Virus record (IMG/VR): IMGVR_UViG_2511231141_000002
DNA from: a virus
Length of the DNA stretch: 64,000 bases
Direction: 5' to 3' (one strand)
How positions within the stretch are numbered: position 1 is the stretch's first letter; each line of letters starts with the position of its first letter. Shown in pieces: positions 9,320 to 21,011 of this stretch. Under the pieces are notes generated by a model, which saw only the letters and a program-made list of their open reading frames with translations, did no database searches and was not told where the DNA came from. The translations under genes and the position numbers were made by a program.

Positions 9320-12300
9320 TTATTCTAATGCTGGCGGCAATTGACGAATGACCTTTAGCGTCTCCACCGCCACACGCACTGCTCGTTTCACCAAGTCCAC
9401 AATGTACCGAGGATCTTGAGCCGTCTCACGAGCCCAGGCGTTCGGATCATTCACGATCCCGCTTGCTCGATCTCGCTTGATTTGATACTGCTCCACAATC
9501 CATTCAATCGGCGACCGTCCATTCACCTGATAGTGGAACGCTTCTTCCGGAATTCCACGAAGCGTTATCCACTCGTTGACAACCAAGTCTCTCTTGTCCC
9601 TAGCAAACCTCATCTTTTTTACACGGTAACGTTCCCAAGGATCCTCTGGTGCATTTGATGAAATACTCTCTTCCAATGGAAAAGGGTCAACCTTCTCGTA
9701 GCCTATGTGCAACTCCGCAAGCTTGCGACCAGCTTGACTGAATGCCCAGAAATCTGATGCAAACGGAATTCGCGGTAGTTCACGGCGCAAATCCGAAGCA
9801 AAGCGTTCACGATAGTCTGATGCGTGAAGCACGCCATAGACGTAATAGAAAATATCTTCCTTTGTAATGGAGGTGTCCCCATATTGCTCTTGAAATGCTC
9901 TAAGTGTTTCATCCGTGATTGCATAGTCTTTTGGAGCAATCAAATCAAGCGCAACCTGAACCTCCACATCGCCGTCTTCCCCATCATATACGTAAAGCGG
10001 AAAACATTGAGTGGTCCCTACTACATGAAGATCTGGCAATTCATCCGTCACCAAACATGTGAAGTTCCGATTATCTCCGGGTGCTTGTAGAATAATCACC
10101 TTGTTCTCCGCATCTGGACGCGGGAAAAGACGCAGTTGTTGGTAGATCATATCGTTAAAAGCGCGATCAAAATACAACCAGCGCTTAGAGAACGGACGGT
10201 ACAACGCAATTCGAATCGCATCCGGCCGAAACCCATGAATCGCCCCCCCGTGTAGCATCACGCCGCAAGCCACGGCTCCAACTAATTTGGCTGGGGTCGT
10301 TTAGTTGTTCGTTGATACCTCTCCTAACCTGACTGTTGTATACCGCAATCATTCTCTGCATATTATTCGCGACCGTTTCATGAGAAAAATTGTACACCCA
10401 TGCGTCACGACTGGTTGCCACACCCCTTGAACGAATGTTAAATATTCGATGCTCACTTTCTGCTTGCTCTCCACCAAGCGGCATAAGCGACACGAATTCA
10501 TCTGACCGTTGATGAATCCAATCCCCTGCTTCATTAGGTGTGATGCGAGTCCATGGTACACCTTGTACATCTCCGAACGCCTTGACTTTCGCGAGTTTCT
10601 CTTCACGGCTTAGATAGTCACCAATGTCGTGATAGAAAATCTCTGCGGGCCCAACGTGGGAGTCGTCTTTCACCAGCACAACGAGGCATACGGCAGCACG
10701 ACTCCCTTGAGAAAATACATTATCACCCTCCCGTCTCCTGAGTTCGCCTTGCGTTCTAGCATTTCCGCGAAGATTGATTAGATAAATCGCCGCACACTCG
10801 TTTGCGAGTTCCTTGCGCATCCCGTCCATGGCATTGCCGTCGATCCAGCCAGCGTTGGTCACGAACGCGACCACGCCTTGATTCCCCACTCGGTCCATTG
10901 CCCAGCGAATTGCTCGGATATAAGCGTCATAGAGGCTGTTCCTATTTCTTGAAGACGTTTCAGCCGCAAACGTGCTTCGAATTCTCTCATCCAACCGTTC
11001 GTATTGCAGATTTTGGTTAGCGTCGTTTTCATCTCTTTGTCTTGAACGCCAAGGCGGATTTCCCACCACAACCGTAATCGAAGCATCACGTTGAGTACGC
11101 ATCAACTCAGTGTAATCGTCAGCGAAAAACTGCGTACTCCAAGATCCGTGCTCCTCTTGAAGTTGGAATGAGTCAACCCACAGCACTGGCAGATTCCAGC
11201 CGGGGGTCTTCGCCGGTCATTTCTCGAATCGTCCAACGCAGGTTCGTCAGAAGCATGTAATAGGCAAACAATTGAACATCGTTCGCCCAAAACTCTCTGG
11301 CCTGTAACTTCCGAAGTATCGTCTCCTTATCCCAGCGTTGCAACATCAGAGCAGGGAACGTTCCAGTGCCCGCAAATGGGTCAATGATCGTCACGCCTGA
11401 CGAAGCCGTGGTCTTTCCAAAGTGCTTTTGCAACACGACATCGACGCTCTTCAGAAGAAAATTCACGAGCTCAACCGGCGTGTAAACAATCCCCAAACGA
11501 CTCGCTGCTTTCGGAAAGACGGCCTTGAACAGCATTTCAAATAACAGACGCAAGAAATCTTGTCGTTCCTCGGGAGTGCGAATGCCCTGTGCGCGAATAC
11601 GAACACTTACATAAAACTCCTCTAGCACGTGTCGCTCGCGGTCTAAAAAGGCGCGAAAAGCCTCGGTGACTTGCTCGAAGGACCTCGCGACTGGAGTTTC
11701 CGTGAGATCGTCACCGGGAAACAACGACGAAAACACCGGTGCCATGATCCAATGCTGAACAAGGAAATCCTTAGCATCCTCTTCAGAAATGTTGGGATGT
11801 AGAACTTCCCGCAGTGCCGTAACGTAATTCTGAAAAGCAGCCTGAGCTTCCTGATAATGCTCGATCGGAAGTGCACCCAAAATCGTATCAAGTTGTGTCC
11901 GCAGGCGTCGCGCAACTTCCTCCACAGTCGCAGCAAAGACACCAAATACGAACGGTTGTTAGCCGGTGCCACCAAGCGCGTCGTAATCGTCTTTCGGATC
12001 TGTTCTTCAAGCTCTTGTGGTAACCCAAGGTCAAATCTTATTTGAACCGTATTTGACGGTTCGCGGTTGCTACCCTCATGCGGAGACAACAACTCACGAA
12101 TATATACATCCACCGCAGTATCGATGGCGCGAAGCGCGTTAATGATTTGGACAAGAGTACGGAAGTTCTCTTCTTGCGGCAGCAAGAGTGCTTCAATCTG
12201 CTCTTCAGAAATCGGTGCATTAGGTTCCAACCTATCAACATTCAAAACGATCGGGACCAAAATTGTTCCGACCTTGTTGGGGCGATGCGGCGGCTTACGC

Positions 12301-13975
12301 ACAACTCGACCGATCGCTTGGATCACATCTACCCTGCTCTTCGTGGCTCCAAAAACACCACGGCGTCCAAGTCGGGAACATCGATACCTTCGGTGAGCAC
12401 TCTGGCATTCGTAATAAGAACGTGATCTACAGAATTCCCTTCGCGATCCGTCAGTGTTTCAAGACAGCGAAGCAACTTTGCTCGCTCACGCATGGACATC
12501 GTGCCATCCATGTGTGCGACAAAACTGGGCGTGACATTCCGAAGCGTTTCTCAAGCTTGTTCCAAGTATCCACAATCGCTTGCGATTTCGCTCGCGAATT
12601 GACAAAGTAATGAGCCGTTGTAGAGGCGGCTGAATGTCTTCATCCATGAGCGCTCTGGACAAAGCATACGCCCTGACCAAATCTGGAACTTGAGGAGCGT
12701 CTGTTTCCTGCACCCAATCAACGAACATCTGTTGTACTCTTCGCTCGCTAAAGAACATTACGCGGACGCAATAATTTGCCAAATACCCCTCTTCAACGCC
12801 TCTACGAAAGCTATATCTGAAAAATTCGGGTCCGAACGTTTCAAGATTGTCCATGCCATAAGTCCGCAGTCCTTCACGTTCAAGTCGATTTCGATGGGCT
12901 TCGGTAAAGAGGCGTGGCGTAGCTGTCAAATACAATCGACGATGTGCATGAATCCGATCATCGTCATGGAACATCAAAAGTCAGATGGATCTTCCTCTTC
13001 TTCATACGCCACGCCTGTCGTCCGGTGCGCTTCATCCGCAATGGCCACACGAAACTCAGGCAAACCTTGCTGTTGGGCATCTGCTACGACGTGGAGGGAT
13101 TGATAAGTGCTTACCACAACGATGATTGCGTCATCTACGGGTTGAGCGGCACGAACCAACTCTTCATGATTCGTAGTTGGTGGGATAATCAGCGAAATGT
13201 CTCCTGTGTCCTCGTCGCGCCCCACCCCTCGGTCGGAAGTTACGGCAACAAAACGAAGCTGCACCGTCGCGTCGCGCTTCCAAGCTCGTATCGTCTGATT
13301 GACTAAGGCGATTGAAGGTGCGCAGAAGAGAACAAGGTCTCTTGGTTGTGCGAAACGTTCAACAGTTCGAAGCGCCACTAACGTCTTTCCCGTCCCTGGC
13401 GGCATAATGCACTTTCCACGATCGTTTGCTTCCCAGCCAGAGAGAATGGCTGCAACGGCTTCCTCTTGGTATGGACGCAGACTCACCGGCACATGGCGCG
13501 TCATTGCTTCAGACGCTTGCCAGGTGAACTGTTCCCAATCTATATCGGCAGTTTCAAAATCCTCCCCAGTCCAAACAGCGATACCACGTTCTTGACAGCG
13601 GGCTTCCGCCGTGCGGGTAACGCCACCAACTGCAACTACTAAGAACTTCGTGAACGAAAACCGCGGTGACGTTGCGGACGCAACAAACGTCGAAAGTTCA
13701 CGCCAGTCCACCGGGTCACGATGGTCCTTGGATTGGATTGCCCACAAATGGTGCTCAGTGTCTTCAGCCACCAAATCGATACCTTCGTCTTGCTGAGAAC
13801 GCTCTGGTTGCGTGTCCATAATCCAATCTCGATATGTCTTAACCCACACAAACCGGGCACCTGGGTAATGCCCGTCGCGCAGGAACGCAAGCAAAAATCG
13901 TTCGAATAAGCGCCCGCGCTCTTGTGGAGACGACGCCTCATTCTGCAAGTTTTCGTATTGCTCCCAAAACCCCAT
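9320..13975 (-). CDS. Type ISP (LlaGI/LlaBIII-like) restriction-modification enzyme: Mrr nuclease + SF2 helicase + N6-MTase + TRD, split by ~6 apparent frameshifts
   Basis: MPPGTGKT, IADEAH, QAIGRV, DPFAGTG, VGNPPW motifs across consecutive ORFs; most breaks inspected are 1-nt losses in T runs. Confidence 0.88.
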
Positions 13976-14071
13976 CTTGATCACCCGTTCAACACCTTGG
14001 ATTCCAAGCAAATCTTGTGCTTTCTTCGATATTCGAATGCGAACTTCCTTCTTGATTGGCTAACCTCCGCC

Positions 14072-14131
14072 TCATCCGCGACGCCGGAGTACAAATGCAC
14101 CACGCTTTGCTGCAAACACCAGTGTGTCCAT
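14072..14131 (-). pseudogene. Remnant 5' end of the sigH-like gene (MDTLVFAAKRG)
   Basis: ~45 bp closely similar to 9247-9292. Confidence 0.75.
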
Positions 14132-14366
14132 GAGAATCGCCCCTCCGACATAGAGGGGCGGCGTAAGACAAAATGAAGCCACGGATTGATCCCACACCTT
14201 CTCCGGCAACAAGCATATACATCAATCAGTTAGGCAAAACTGGTGATGGTAAATGATGAGGTGTGGAATGATGAACTTTCACAGGAAGATCGCCAAGAAA
14301 ACATTGCGTCTCGCCAGCAGACGATACTATGATAAGGGCAGCCCTAGCGAAACGGAGGGAAGCGAC

Positions 14367-14537
14367 ATGACGGCGATCCTCAAGGAATTAAATCATCTTG
14401 AACTTCCTCCTTCTGTGGTTCGGGAACTTGGATTGTCGAACGACTGGAAAAGCAAGATCGATCCTTCGTTCGCGAAAAAGGCCATAAAGACAGCTTTGAA
14501 GTACGAGAAGGCTCTCAAGGAGTTGTCGAAGCATTAA
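14367..14537 (+). CDS. Small antitoxin upstream of Doc
   Basis: GGAGGGA RBS; ends ALKYEKALKELSKH; adjacent to Doc. Confidence 0.7.
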   Translation: MTAILKELNHLELPPSVVRELGLSNDWKSKIDPSFAKKAIKTALKYEKALKELSKH

Positions 14538-14538
14538 A

Positions 14539-15006
14539 GCGATACGTTATCTGTCAGTCGAGGAACTTGTATTTCTGCATTTTATTGCCGCTCATTTTTA
14601 TGATAATTACGAATACAGTGGCACACAGGAGCAATTCGGAATCAAGGATCCGAATTTGCTCCTGTCGGCTCTCAATGAGATGCGCCAGACATTCGATGGT
14701 CAGGAATTATATCCGACCATTTATGACAAAGCGGCCTGTCTTGTTCGTTCCATCATCCAAAACCATCCTTTTCATAACGCGAACAAACGAACCGCCGTTC
14801 TGGCCATGATTGTCTTCTTGGATCTCAATCATTATAGAGTGAAAGTCAGTCAGAAAAAACTGGTGGACTTCGCATGCGATATTGCTGTCCATAAGCCACC
14901 TGTCTCGCGAATAGGCCGTACGATTAGAAAATGGATCAGTTATGCCCCGTTAGAAAGAGGGAGATGGAAACAAGTTTTATCTGAGTTCAGAAACACGGAT
15001 GGGTAA
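14539..15006 (+). pseudogene. doc: Doc/Fic toxin, apparently frameshifted and lacking a start codon
   Basis: IRYLSVEELVFLH N-terminus in a different frame from HPFHNANKRTA; GCG where a start codon is expected. Confidence 0.8.
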
Positions 15007-15043
15007 AGATGGACTCACCCTATGGACAGCGTTGGCTCCATCA

Positions 15044-15385
15044 TCACATACGCTCCAGATCCTCGAATAACTCTTGTCGCACCTCTTCTTCGTGCTCCTT
15101 CCAAGCACCAGCCACCGTACGGACATCTCGAAGCGGCTTCCGTCGCCCAACCCGCCTTAGACTTAGCAGTTCTTCCTCCAGATCCACGTCCAGGCCATAC
15201 GCACGAAGGTCAAGGCCAAACGCCTCAAGCGTGTTCCGCAGCGAGTTCAGCATTTCGTAGTACGCAATGACAGCGCCACCTTCGTACTCGTTAGATGGCT
15301 GTCGCACCCGCTTGCGCTGATGCTGTCGTGCATTTTCCAACATCTCTCGAATCCATTCTTGCAGAATAGCTTGCTCGATCGACAT
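15044..15385 (-). CDS. Hypothetical protein
   Basis: AAGGAGG RBS; 113-aa ORF. Confidence 0.65.
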   Translation of the reverse strand: MSIEQAILQEWIREMLENARQHQRKRVRQPSNEYEGGAVIAYYEMLNSLRNTLEAFGLDLRAYGLDVDLEEELLSLRRVGRRKPLRDVRTVAGAWKEHEEEVRQELFEDLERM

Positions 15386-16177
15386 GTGATCGCCTCCCTT
15401 AACAAACTTCTCCCGCCCGGTCGTCGCCTCATCGAACCGTTCGTCGGTGCCGGCGCGGTGTTCCTGAACTTAGATTATCCCGAGCACCTGCTCGGCGACG
15501 TCAACCGCGACCTGATCCTCGCGCACCAGATGCTCCAAGCGCACGGCGAAGCGTTCATTGAGGCCTGCCGTGAGCTGTTCGTGCCCGAGAACAACACTCC
15601 CGAGCGGTACTACGAACTGCGCGATGAGTTCAACAGCACGGCGGATCCGTGGCACAGCACGGCGGATCCGTGGCGCAGAGCGGCGCTCTTCGTCTATCTC
15701 AACCGTCACAGTATCCACGGCTTGATCCGATACAATCGACACGGTCGTTTCAACGCACCGTTCGGGTATCGGAAGAGAATCTACTTTCCTGAAGCGGAGA
15801 TGCGCCACTTCGTCGAGCGGTCGAAGCGAGCGGCATTCGTCCACGCCGACTTTCGCGACCTGATGAAGCAAGCGCGCCCGAATGATGTCGTCTACTGCGA
15901 TCCGCCCTACGTACCGCTCTCCGACACGTCGAACTTCGTGGAGTATTCGCCAGGCGGCTTTTCGTGGTGCGATCACGAGGTGTTGGCCGACTACGCTCGG
16001 GCACTTGCAGAGCGCGGCGTCACCGTTGTGATCTCGAATCATCGAACGCCTGCGGTCGAGTCCTTGTATCGGGGCGCGGAAATCCACGTCGTCGAGGTAC
16101 CAAGAAATATCGGGAGTCAGCATCGGCAGACGGCGCGTGTGGTCGAAGAGTTGATCGCGGTCTTTCGAGCATTGTGA
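15386..16177 (+). pseudogene. dam: Dam-family adenine methyltransferase, 5'-truncated
   Basis: EPFVGAGAVF and YCDPPY present; KWAGGK motif X and RBS missing; internal 21-bp duplication at 15633-15674. Confidence 0.82.
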
Positions 16178-16261
16178 GTTGCAGAGTGCATGGATATGTT
16201 TTACACTCGCGTTCGAGCGCAAGCTCAATTCCCGCCCGCACACGTGCGTATTCGCAGAAAC

Positions 16262-16294
16262 GCCGCGCCAGTCCCCTAAAGAGTGGCGCGGCGG
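16262..16294. terminator. Hairpin between convergent genes
   Basis: GCCGCGCCA/TGGCGCGGC inverted repeat. Confidence 0.55.
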
Positions 16295-16324
16295 AATCGT
16301 TTGATTTAGAACAACGCCTGTCCG

Positions 16325-17752
16325 TCACGGCCTCGCCGAGGAAACTCGTTCGATCTCCTCGATGATTTGTTGTGCCGTCTTCGTGATCCGTTCGAGGCTC
16401 GCACGCAGTTTGCGCTTGTCGCCCCCGGACCACGCCCACACATAGCTGACCGAATAGTCGCGGGTGTCGAACCCAAACGCCGACGCCACGCAGTACGCGA
16501 CCGCCTCCGCCTCGATCTCCATCTGCTGACGCTCGGGCGATGGTCCGCCTCCCTCAACAACCGTGAACCGATCGTCGAAATCGGCATGCATCAGCGCATG
16601 GGCGTATTCGTGGATCAGCGTCTTCGCCTCCTGATCCGGCGACAACCCGTCGGACAGGCTGATCTTTCGGTCCTCTAGGTGGTAGATACCGTTCGCGCCA
16701 TGCAGTCGCTGTCGCGATTCGTAAGAAACCGGGATCCCCTTGCTGCGAATCACACTCATCAGCCGATCCCGGAGCTCCACATGCCGATCGCCTTCGATTC
16801 GCTCATCCAGCACCGGAATCGGTTCGCCATCTGTCTGTGAGATGTCGAACACCGTCACTGTCTTGAACCCAACGAGCTTTTGCTTAAGGACAGGTTCACC
16901 ATTCTCGTCCAACACCGGATTGCCGTGTTCGTCCTCTTCCGGCACCTTCTTGATCAGCGGTGCCAGGATGCTGATGCCCCGCTCGCCGCGCATGACGTGG
17001 CGCCCGAACTCCTGCCACTTCTTGTAGCCCATGACGCACGACGCGTTCGGGCGTTGAGCGTAAATCAGCATGACATTGTGAAAGCTGTACCGCGGCACGC
17101 GCGCCGCAAACTCCAGGTAGCGCTTGAATTGCTCGCTGTCCTGGAACGTGTCCAACAACGCGTTGAGCCGCTCGAACGCCTCCTGCACCTTCGGGTTCCG
17201 GCTGTGCGTCACAAACGCGCGCTGCTCCGTCGCCTCGCCCTGAGCGTCGTCCGGATTGTCCGCCGTCGCAGGCCCACCGAGTGGAACTTCATCCTCCGTC
17301 TCAACGGCTTGAGGCGGCGATCCCGTCTCCGCCCACCGGGCCGCGCTGGACTCATTCAGCCCCAGCGCCCGCGCGCGTTGATAGAGTTCGCGATTCGTAC
17401 CGTCATAGTCCTCGTTTCCGTACTCCGCTGCAAGGTGACTGGGCACCCGAACCACGGCCTTACGCAGTTCCTCCGCCGAATACGACTCCAAGGGCCTGGC
17501 TTTCGGCGCGATCGTCTCAAGCGCACCGTGCGTGCTGATGAGGGGCGCCTGGTCATCCGGAATATCCGGCGACAACAGTGGTCGCTTCAGAAAGCGCTGG
17601 ACGCGCTCGTCCGACATGACGCTCCAGCCTTTGGGCACACGCCCCGTCCAACCGACCTGACGCAGCAACCACTTGGCGCACACCGGGCCGGCACCACGGC
17701 GAATGCTCGGTTCCGCCCGCAGTGTGCGCGTGCAACGAACGCAGTTAGTCAT
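16325..17752 (-). CDS. DUF6011 Zn module + ArdC-like ssDNA-binding domain + HExxH metallopeptidase (anti-restriction ArdC/LtrC-like)
   Basis: CVRC...GAGPVC; YSFHNVMLIYAQRP...GYKKWQEFGR.V..GE; IHEYAH, EIEAEAVAY. Confidence 0.85.
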   Translation of the reverse strand: MTNCVRCTRTLRAEPSIRRGAGPVCAKWLLRQVGWTGRVPKGWSVMSDERVQRFLKRPLLSPDIPDDQAPLISTHGALETIAPKARPLESYSAEELRKAVVRVPSHLAAEYGNEDYDGTNRELYQRARALGLNESSAARWAETGSPPQAVETEDEVPLGGPATADNPDDAQGEATEQRAFVTHSRNPKVQEAFERLNALLDTFQDSEQFKRYLEFAARVPRYSFHNVMLIYAQRPNASCVMGYKKWQEFGRHVMRGERGISILAPLIKKVPEEDEHGNPVLDENGEPVLKQKLVGFKTVTVFDISQTDGEPIPVLDERIEGDRHVELRDRLMSVIRSKGIPVSYESRQRLHGANGIYHLEDRKISLSDGLSPDQEAKTLIHEYAHALMHADFDDRFTVVEGGGPSPERQQMEIEAEAVAYCVASAFGFDTRDYSVSYVWAWSGGDKRKLRASLERITKTAQQIIEEIERVSSARP

Positions 17753-18207
17753 GGAAAAACCCCCTTCGACGAGAAAGTGCTCTCGTGAGAAGGGGGCTTG
17801 CAGGGCAAAATTTGCCCAAAAGTCGTGTCTCCAGTTCCTCGCCTCTATTGCTGAAGCCGTACTCGCGAGTAACGTGAGGCAACCCGGACAGCAGGAATTC
17901 CCGATGCCGAGCAGGAACATCCGCATCCATCATCATTCGCTTGGCCGCCGTGGCGGTAACACGCGCAAACTGCGGCGTGGCAACCACCGCATTGGAAGAC
18001 GGACTGTGAGTCAACGTCGGCGCATCAACTCGATCTCCCGCATTAAAGAGACGCTGCACCCGCTCGTCCAATGACGCGGAACATCCCCGTGGCATCCGCC
18101 CCCCCCCGACCTTGTCGCAACAACAACTTCGCGCACGCAGGCCCAGCACCGCGGCGAATGCTGGACGGTGAACGAAGAGGGCGACCGCAACGCACACACG
18201 TGGACAT
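17745..18207 (-). pseudogene. DUF6011 paralog, frameshifted at or next to a G9 tract
   Basis: MSTCVRCGRPLRSPSSIRRGAGPAC continues in another frame as DERVQRLF, matching the neighbouring gene. Confidence 0.65.
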
Positions 18208-18231
18208 AAAAAATCCCCTCCCACGAGTCGG

Positions 18232-19089
18232 TCATCGATTCATCAACTCCTGCAACACCGTCAGCTTCCACCGAATTGCATACTTCGTCGTCGACACATT
18301 TTTATCAGGACGGAACATCTCTACCGGTAACAGTTTCGCATACGGCTTTCCGGCGTCCGTCAGCACCCACGCCCGCGCCGCCTCGTCCCATCGTTGCAAT
18401 CCGGCTTCGGCGAGCAACCGATTCATGCGTTGCGCCGACACGGGCGGCGACATCCGCTTGCCGAGTTCCGTCGGTGAAAATGTCTCGTCCAGGTCGTCGT
18501 CGCGAATGTGCCGCTTGTACTCGCTGAGATCGACACCGAACTCGCGCTCCGTGTGCGACAACGCCAAGAGCGTTGCGGTGCCGTCGGACAACCCAATTAG
18601 TTTTCCAAGCTTCTTCTTGTAATTTACAGTCGAGTAAACCTCACGCCACGAAATGCGCCTAACCGCTCGATCCACGACCTGCGGTGCCTCGATACGCGCC
18701 TCTTCCTCGACGTTCAGCAAGTACGTGCGAACCGTCTTGGCAACCTGGCTGTCCCGAAGAAGCATACCGATGCGGAGAATGGCGCGGCGGGGTACAATCG
18801 TAAGGGAAGCTGTGTTTTTGGGAACTACACCCATCTCCTTAAAGGAGATCAGTTCAGCGCCCGATATTGTCCGCAATCCGTCCTGTTCGAGTTCGTCACG
18901 ATGGTCTAAAATCAAACTGTCGATCGCCTTCTTCGGTACCTCATAGTAGGAAGCCACCAGCGCTACAGTGGCATGGAGATCGTCCGGCAACAACGTCAAC
19001 GCCTTGACCTTCTCCAGCACATCCGTCCTGTCCGCCAGTCGATCCCGCAGTTCGCGAACCTCCAACAACAGATCCGTGTTCACGTTCAT
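18232..19089 (-). CDS. Phage antirepressor-like protein (C-terminal ANT/KilAC-like domain)
   Basis: RRAILRIGMLLRDSQVAKTVRTYLL and PTELGK...SAQRMNRLL motifs. Confidence 0.75.
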   Translation of the reverse strand: MNVNTDLLLEVRELRDRLADRTDVLEKVKALTLLPDDLHATVALVASYYEVPKKAIDSLILDHRDELEQDGLRTISGAELISFKEMGVVPKNTASLTIVPRRAILRIGMLLRDSQVAKTVRTYLLNVEEEARIEAPQVVDRAVRRISWREVYSTVNYKKKLGKLIGLSDGTATLLALSHTEREFGVDLSEYKRHIRDDDLDETFSPTELGKRMSPPVSAQRMNRLLAEAGLQRWDEAARAWVLTDAGKPYAKLLPVEMFRPDKNVSTTKYAIRWKLTVLQELMNR

Positions 19090-19315
19090 CGCCTCCAAGA
19101 CGAAGATTGGTGTCTTCGTCTATAGGGCGTTTGCAGGACAAAAACGTCATCTGGACCACACGACTGTAACCCGCGTCTCCGAGCCTTGGTCAATCTTGAG
19201 CTCCTTCGGATGTCGGAACGTCTGGAGGCGCTGTTGAGTGCCCGTCAAACACGGTACCGTGCCATAAAATGAACACCGCCGCGCCCTTGCCTTCCTTGGA
19301 AGCGACGCGGCGAAT

Positions 19316-19867
19316 TCAGCCTTCTTGCGTACCTTCAAATCCCGAATCCTCTGTGCATGGCTCAAAACCTTCCGGCAACCGAAAACCGCCGCGAAGCAAT
19401 GCGATCCACGCACCATCCGTCATCGTGCGTTTTTCACGAAAGACAACCACCCGGGTGTTTGCCCAAATCATCATCAGACCGCACAGAACCCACACTGGGT
19501 TCTTGAGCCACAGCAACATCGAAACGCCGTTTGCCAGGATTCCACCCCTGTACACCCACAGCTTGTGTCGGACTGGAATATCCATGCAGTATACACCCGG
19601 CCCCACACTACCACTCGTCGGAATCCATCGCACCTCGAAGCTCTTGATGCGAAACATCAGAGGGCCTGTTCCAATGACCATTCGTTTGGTCGGAACCACG
19701 AAGATCTTGCGAAACACATAGTGTCCGAGTTCGTGAATGAGGATTTGAACATGGAGGATGAAGGGTAACGACACCGCGACGGCAATCCACCCCTGCCATG
19801 TATGAGGAAGCAGATTCCACGCCAGACAAAACAGGCCGACGAGCAACCCTTTCATTCCGCTTAACAT
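19316..19867 (-). CDS. M50 (site-2) metallopeptidase-like membrane protein
   Basis: IHELGH, GGILAN and TDG motifs with TM segments. Confidence 0.75.
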   Translation of the reverse strand: MLSGMKGLLVGLFCLAWNLLPHTWQGWIAVAVSLPFILHVQILIHELGHYVFRKIFVVPTKRMVIGTGPLMFRIKSFEVRWIPTSGSVGPGVYCMDIPVRHKLWVYRGGILANGVSMLLWLKNPVWVLCGLMMIWANTRVVVFREKRTMTDGAWIALLRGGFRLPEGFEPCTEDSGFEGTQEG

Positions 19868-20277
19868 ATGCCTCGTTTCCTCAGCCACCAATCTTCCCAG
19901 ACGACCACATGTGGAAAGATCACCACGGCCAGCATCTCAAGTCGGTTGCCCTCCTTTTTGCGAAACGCAAATCTCCCAGCGTACGAACTGGCCGCCCACG
20001 CCCACAACATGTACCCAACGACGAGCTCCTGAATCGGCACCAACGCTGAAAACGCCAACCCCAGGCACACGGCTGCCGTGTACCCTGCACCCATCAACGC
20101 GCCGAACGGGTCGCTGACTGATGGATCGTTGCGGCGTAGCGACAGATACCAGAGATACGACAAAACCAGATAACCCATCCCGGCCAGCACACGCCATTCG
20201 ACTGCAACATGGAAGTAGTGAGAACCGACGATCACAGCACCAATTACGACGTACCAAGCGATCAGTTCGAGCACCAT
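19861..20277 (-). CDS. Membrane protein
   Basis: Hydrophobic ORF with its own GGGAGGG RBS after the start-associated motif. Confidence 0.7.
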   Translation of the reverse strand: MVLELIAWYVVIGAVIVGSHYFHVAVEWRVLAGMGYLVLSYLWYLSLRRNDPSVSDPFGALMGAGYTAAVCLGLAFSALVPIQELVVGYMLWAWAASSYAGRFAFRKKEGNRLEMLAVVIFPHVVVWEDWWLRKRGIC

Positions 20278-20320
20278 CCAGCAATCCCTCCCTACAAGGA
20301 GGGCGTTTGCAGGGCAAAAA

Positions 20321-20484
20321 TTACCGCGCCCCTGCCACCTTCGGCAAGCTGCGCGGCGACTCTCCGCTTTCTTGTTCGGCACCACTTGCGTCTGCGGCTT
20401 TCTGAACCACGTCCCTCGCGCAATCGTCGGGTCCAGTCCACCTTCGCGAATGCGCTTCGCGCGACCATTGCGGGCCTTGCCCAT
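20321..20484 (-). CDS. Small basic protein (MGKARNGRAKRIREGG...), stop probably lost by a 1-nt shift
   Basis: GGGAGG RBS; an out-of-frame TAA sits directly before the start-associated motif. Confidence 0.5.
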
Positions 20485-20488
20485 GGGA

Positions 20489-20659
20489 TCACGCCTCCCC
20501 TCGAACCCGCCTCAGCACCTCCACGGCCTCCTGCTCCGAAAGCCCCGTCAACTCGACGACGTCTGCGACGGACGCGCCATCGCGGAACATCCGCTCGGCA
20601 ATTTCCTTGCTTCGCTCATCCTTTGCTTCTTCCACAATCTCCTTCAGCAACTCCGTCAT
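20489..20659 (-). CDS. Stand-alone copy of the Rpn C-terminal (RpnS-like) domain
   Basis: MTELLKEIVEEA...VVELTGLSEQEA.EVLRRVRGE nearly identical to 21495-21677. Confidence 0.75.
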   Translation of the reverse strand: MTELLKEIVEEAKDERSKEIAERMFRDGASVADVVELTGLSEQEAVEVLRRVRGEA

Positions 20660-20681
20660 CGCCAAACCACCACTTCGCTTC

Positions 20682-21011
20682 TTACTCATCAATAAGTTCC
20701 AACAATTTCTTCTTCAAATCTGGAACATCTTTGCACACAGTATCCCAAACCAAATGAATATCAACATTCCCATAGTCGTGTATCAGAACGTTTCGCATGC
20801 CCCTTATTTCTTTCCACGGAATATCTCTTCTAAGATGAGCAATCACCCCTAATCGCCCAGCAGCTTCTCCTATAATCTCAATATTCCGAATAACCGCATC
20901 TTGTATCAGGGTAGAGGAGAAGAATGCTTCTCTCCCACCGCGAGTGTATTCTTCGATACGCCGAATGGCTTCCAGCATATCACGAAGATGTTTTTCGTCA
21001 TACTTATTCAC
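20682..21011 (-). CDS. HEPN/DUF86 RNase toxin
   Basis: DAVIRNIEIIGEAA, RGMRNVLIHDY (RxxxxH). Confidence 0.92.
   Translation of the reverse strand: MNKYDEKHLRDMLEAIRRIEEYTRGGREAFFSSTLIQDAVIRNIEIIGEAAGRLGVIAHLRRDIPWKEIRGMRNVLIHDYGNVDIHLVWDTVCKDVPDLKKKLLELIDE

Noticed and set aside
19147-19416. 89-aa ORF ending just before a start-associated motif
   Set aside because: It has no RBS, overlaps the M50 gene and has no recognisable family; at best it is a remnant.
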